A DNA stretch of 15,802 nucleotides, taken from Elusimicrobiota bacterium. Lineage in GTDB: Bacteria; Elusimicrobiota; Elusimicrobia; F11. The number at the start of each line of letters is the position of its first letter. Position 1 is the first letter of the stretch. The DNA is taken from contig JBJXGI010000100.1 of assembly GCA_046153645.1 (NCBI GenBank), positions 1-15,802 on the forward strand, in the 5' to 3' direction. Under the pieces are notes generated by a model that was not told the DNA's origin, ran no database searches, and saw nothing but the letters and a program-made list of their open reading frames with translations. A program made the position numbers and the translations under genes. Positions 15,788-15,802 of the stretch are shown in pieces.

Positions 15788-15802
15788 TTATTTTGTTTCC
15801 TC

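Noticed and set aside
15788..15802. Possible 3' end of an upstream gene (EETK-stop) abutting the leuS ATG
   Set aside because: Only 15 nt visible; equally explained as the leuS SD region.
1..15802. CRISPR array, tRNA/rRNA, transposase, integrase or prophage genes
   Set aside because: No spaced repeat array, RNA gene pattern or mobile-element protein motifs seen.

Overview
Bacterial (diderm) genomic window, almost entirely minus strand. The right two-thirds is a housekeeping block, read in transcription order: leuS - lptE-like lipoprotein - holA - (rpsT on the + strand) - murJ - short uvrC - ogt-type alkyltransferase - cold-shock protein - FNR-like FAD/NAD(P) oxidoreductase. The left 6.4 kb is one 2129-aa modular protein. 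It has a signal peptide, a QDxH/EG/RDxxM/GGFH (TraB/TIKI/EreA/ChaN-like) N-terminal domain and about 13-15 hydrophobic segments in three clusters, two of which carry CPBP/Abi-like E..FxxxH..HxxxN/D motifs. It also has two HExxH zinc-protease motifs and a SAM-methyltransferase fragment. Its style recalls giant proteins of Elusimicrobiota/Omnitrophota (inference). Just upstream sit three 11-bp-spaced CTTAAG repeats (PmrA/OmpR-type box), a TACAAT -10 element and an apparently leaderless start. Other oddities are a 96-nt in-frame palindromic-repeat insertion in the lptE signal peptide, a UvrC lacking its HhH domain next to ogt, and a structured csp leader with tandem terminators. All calls come from motif reading only; no searches were run.
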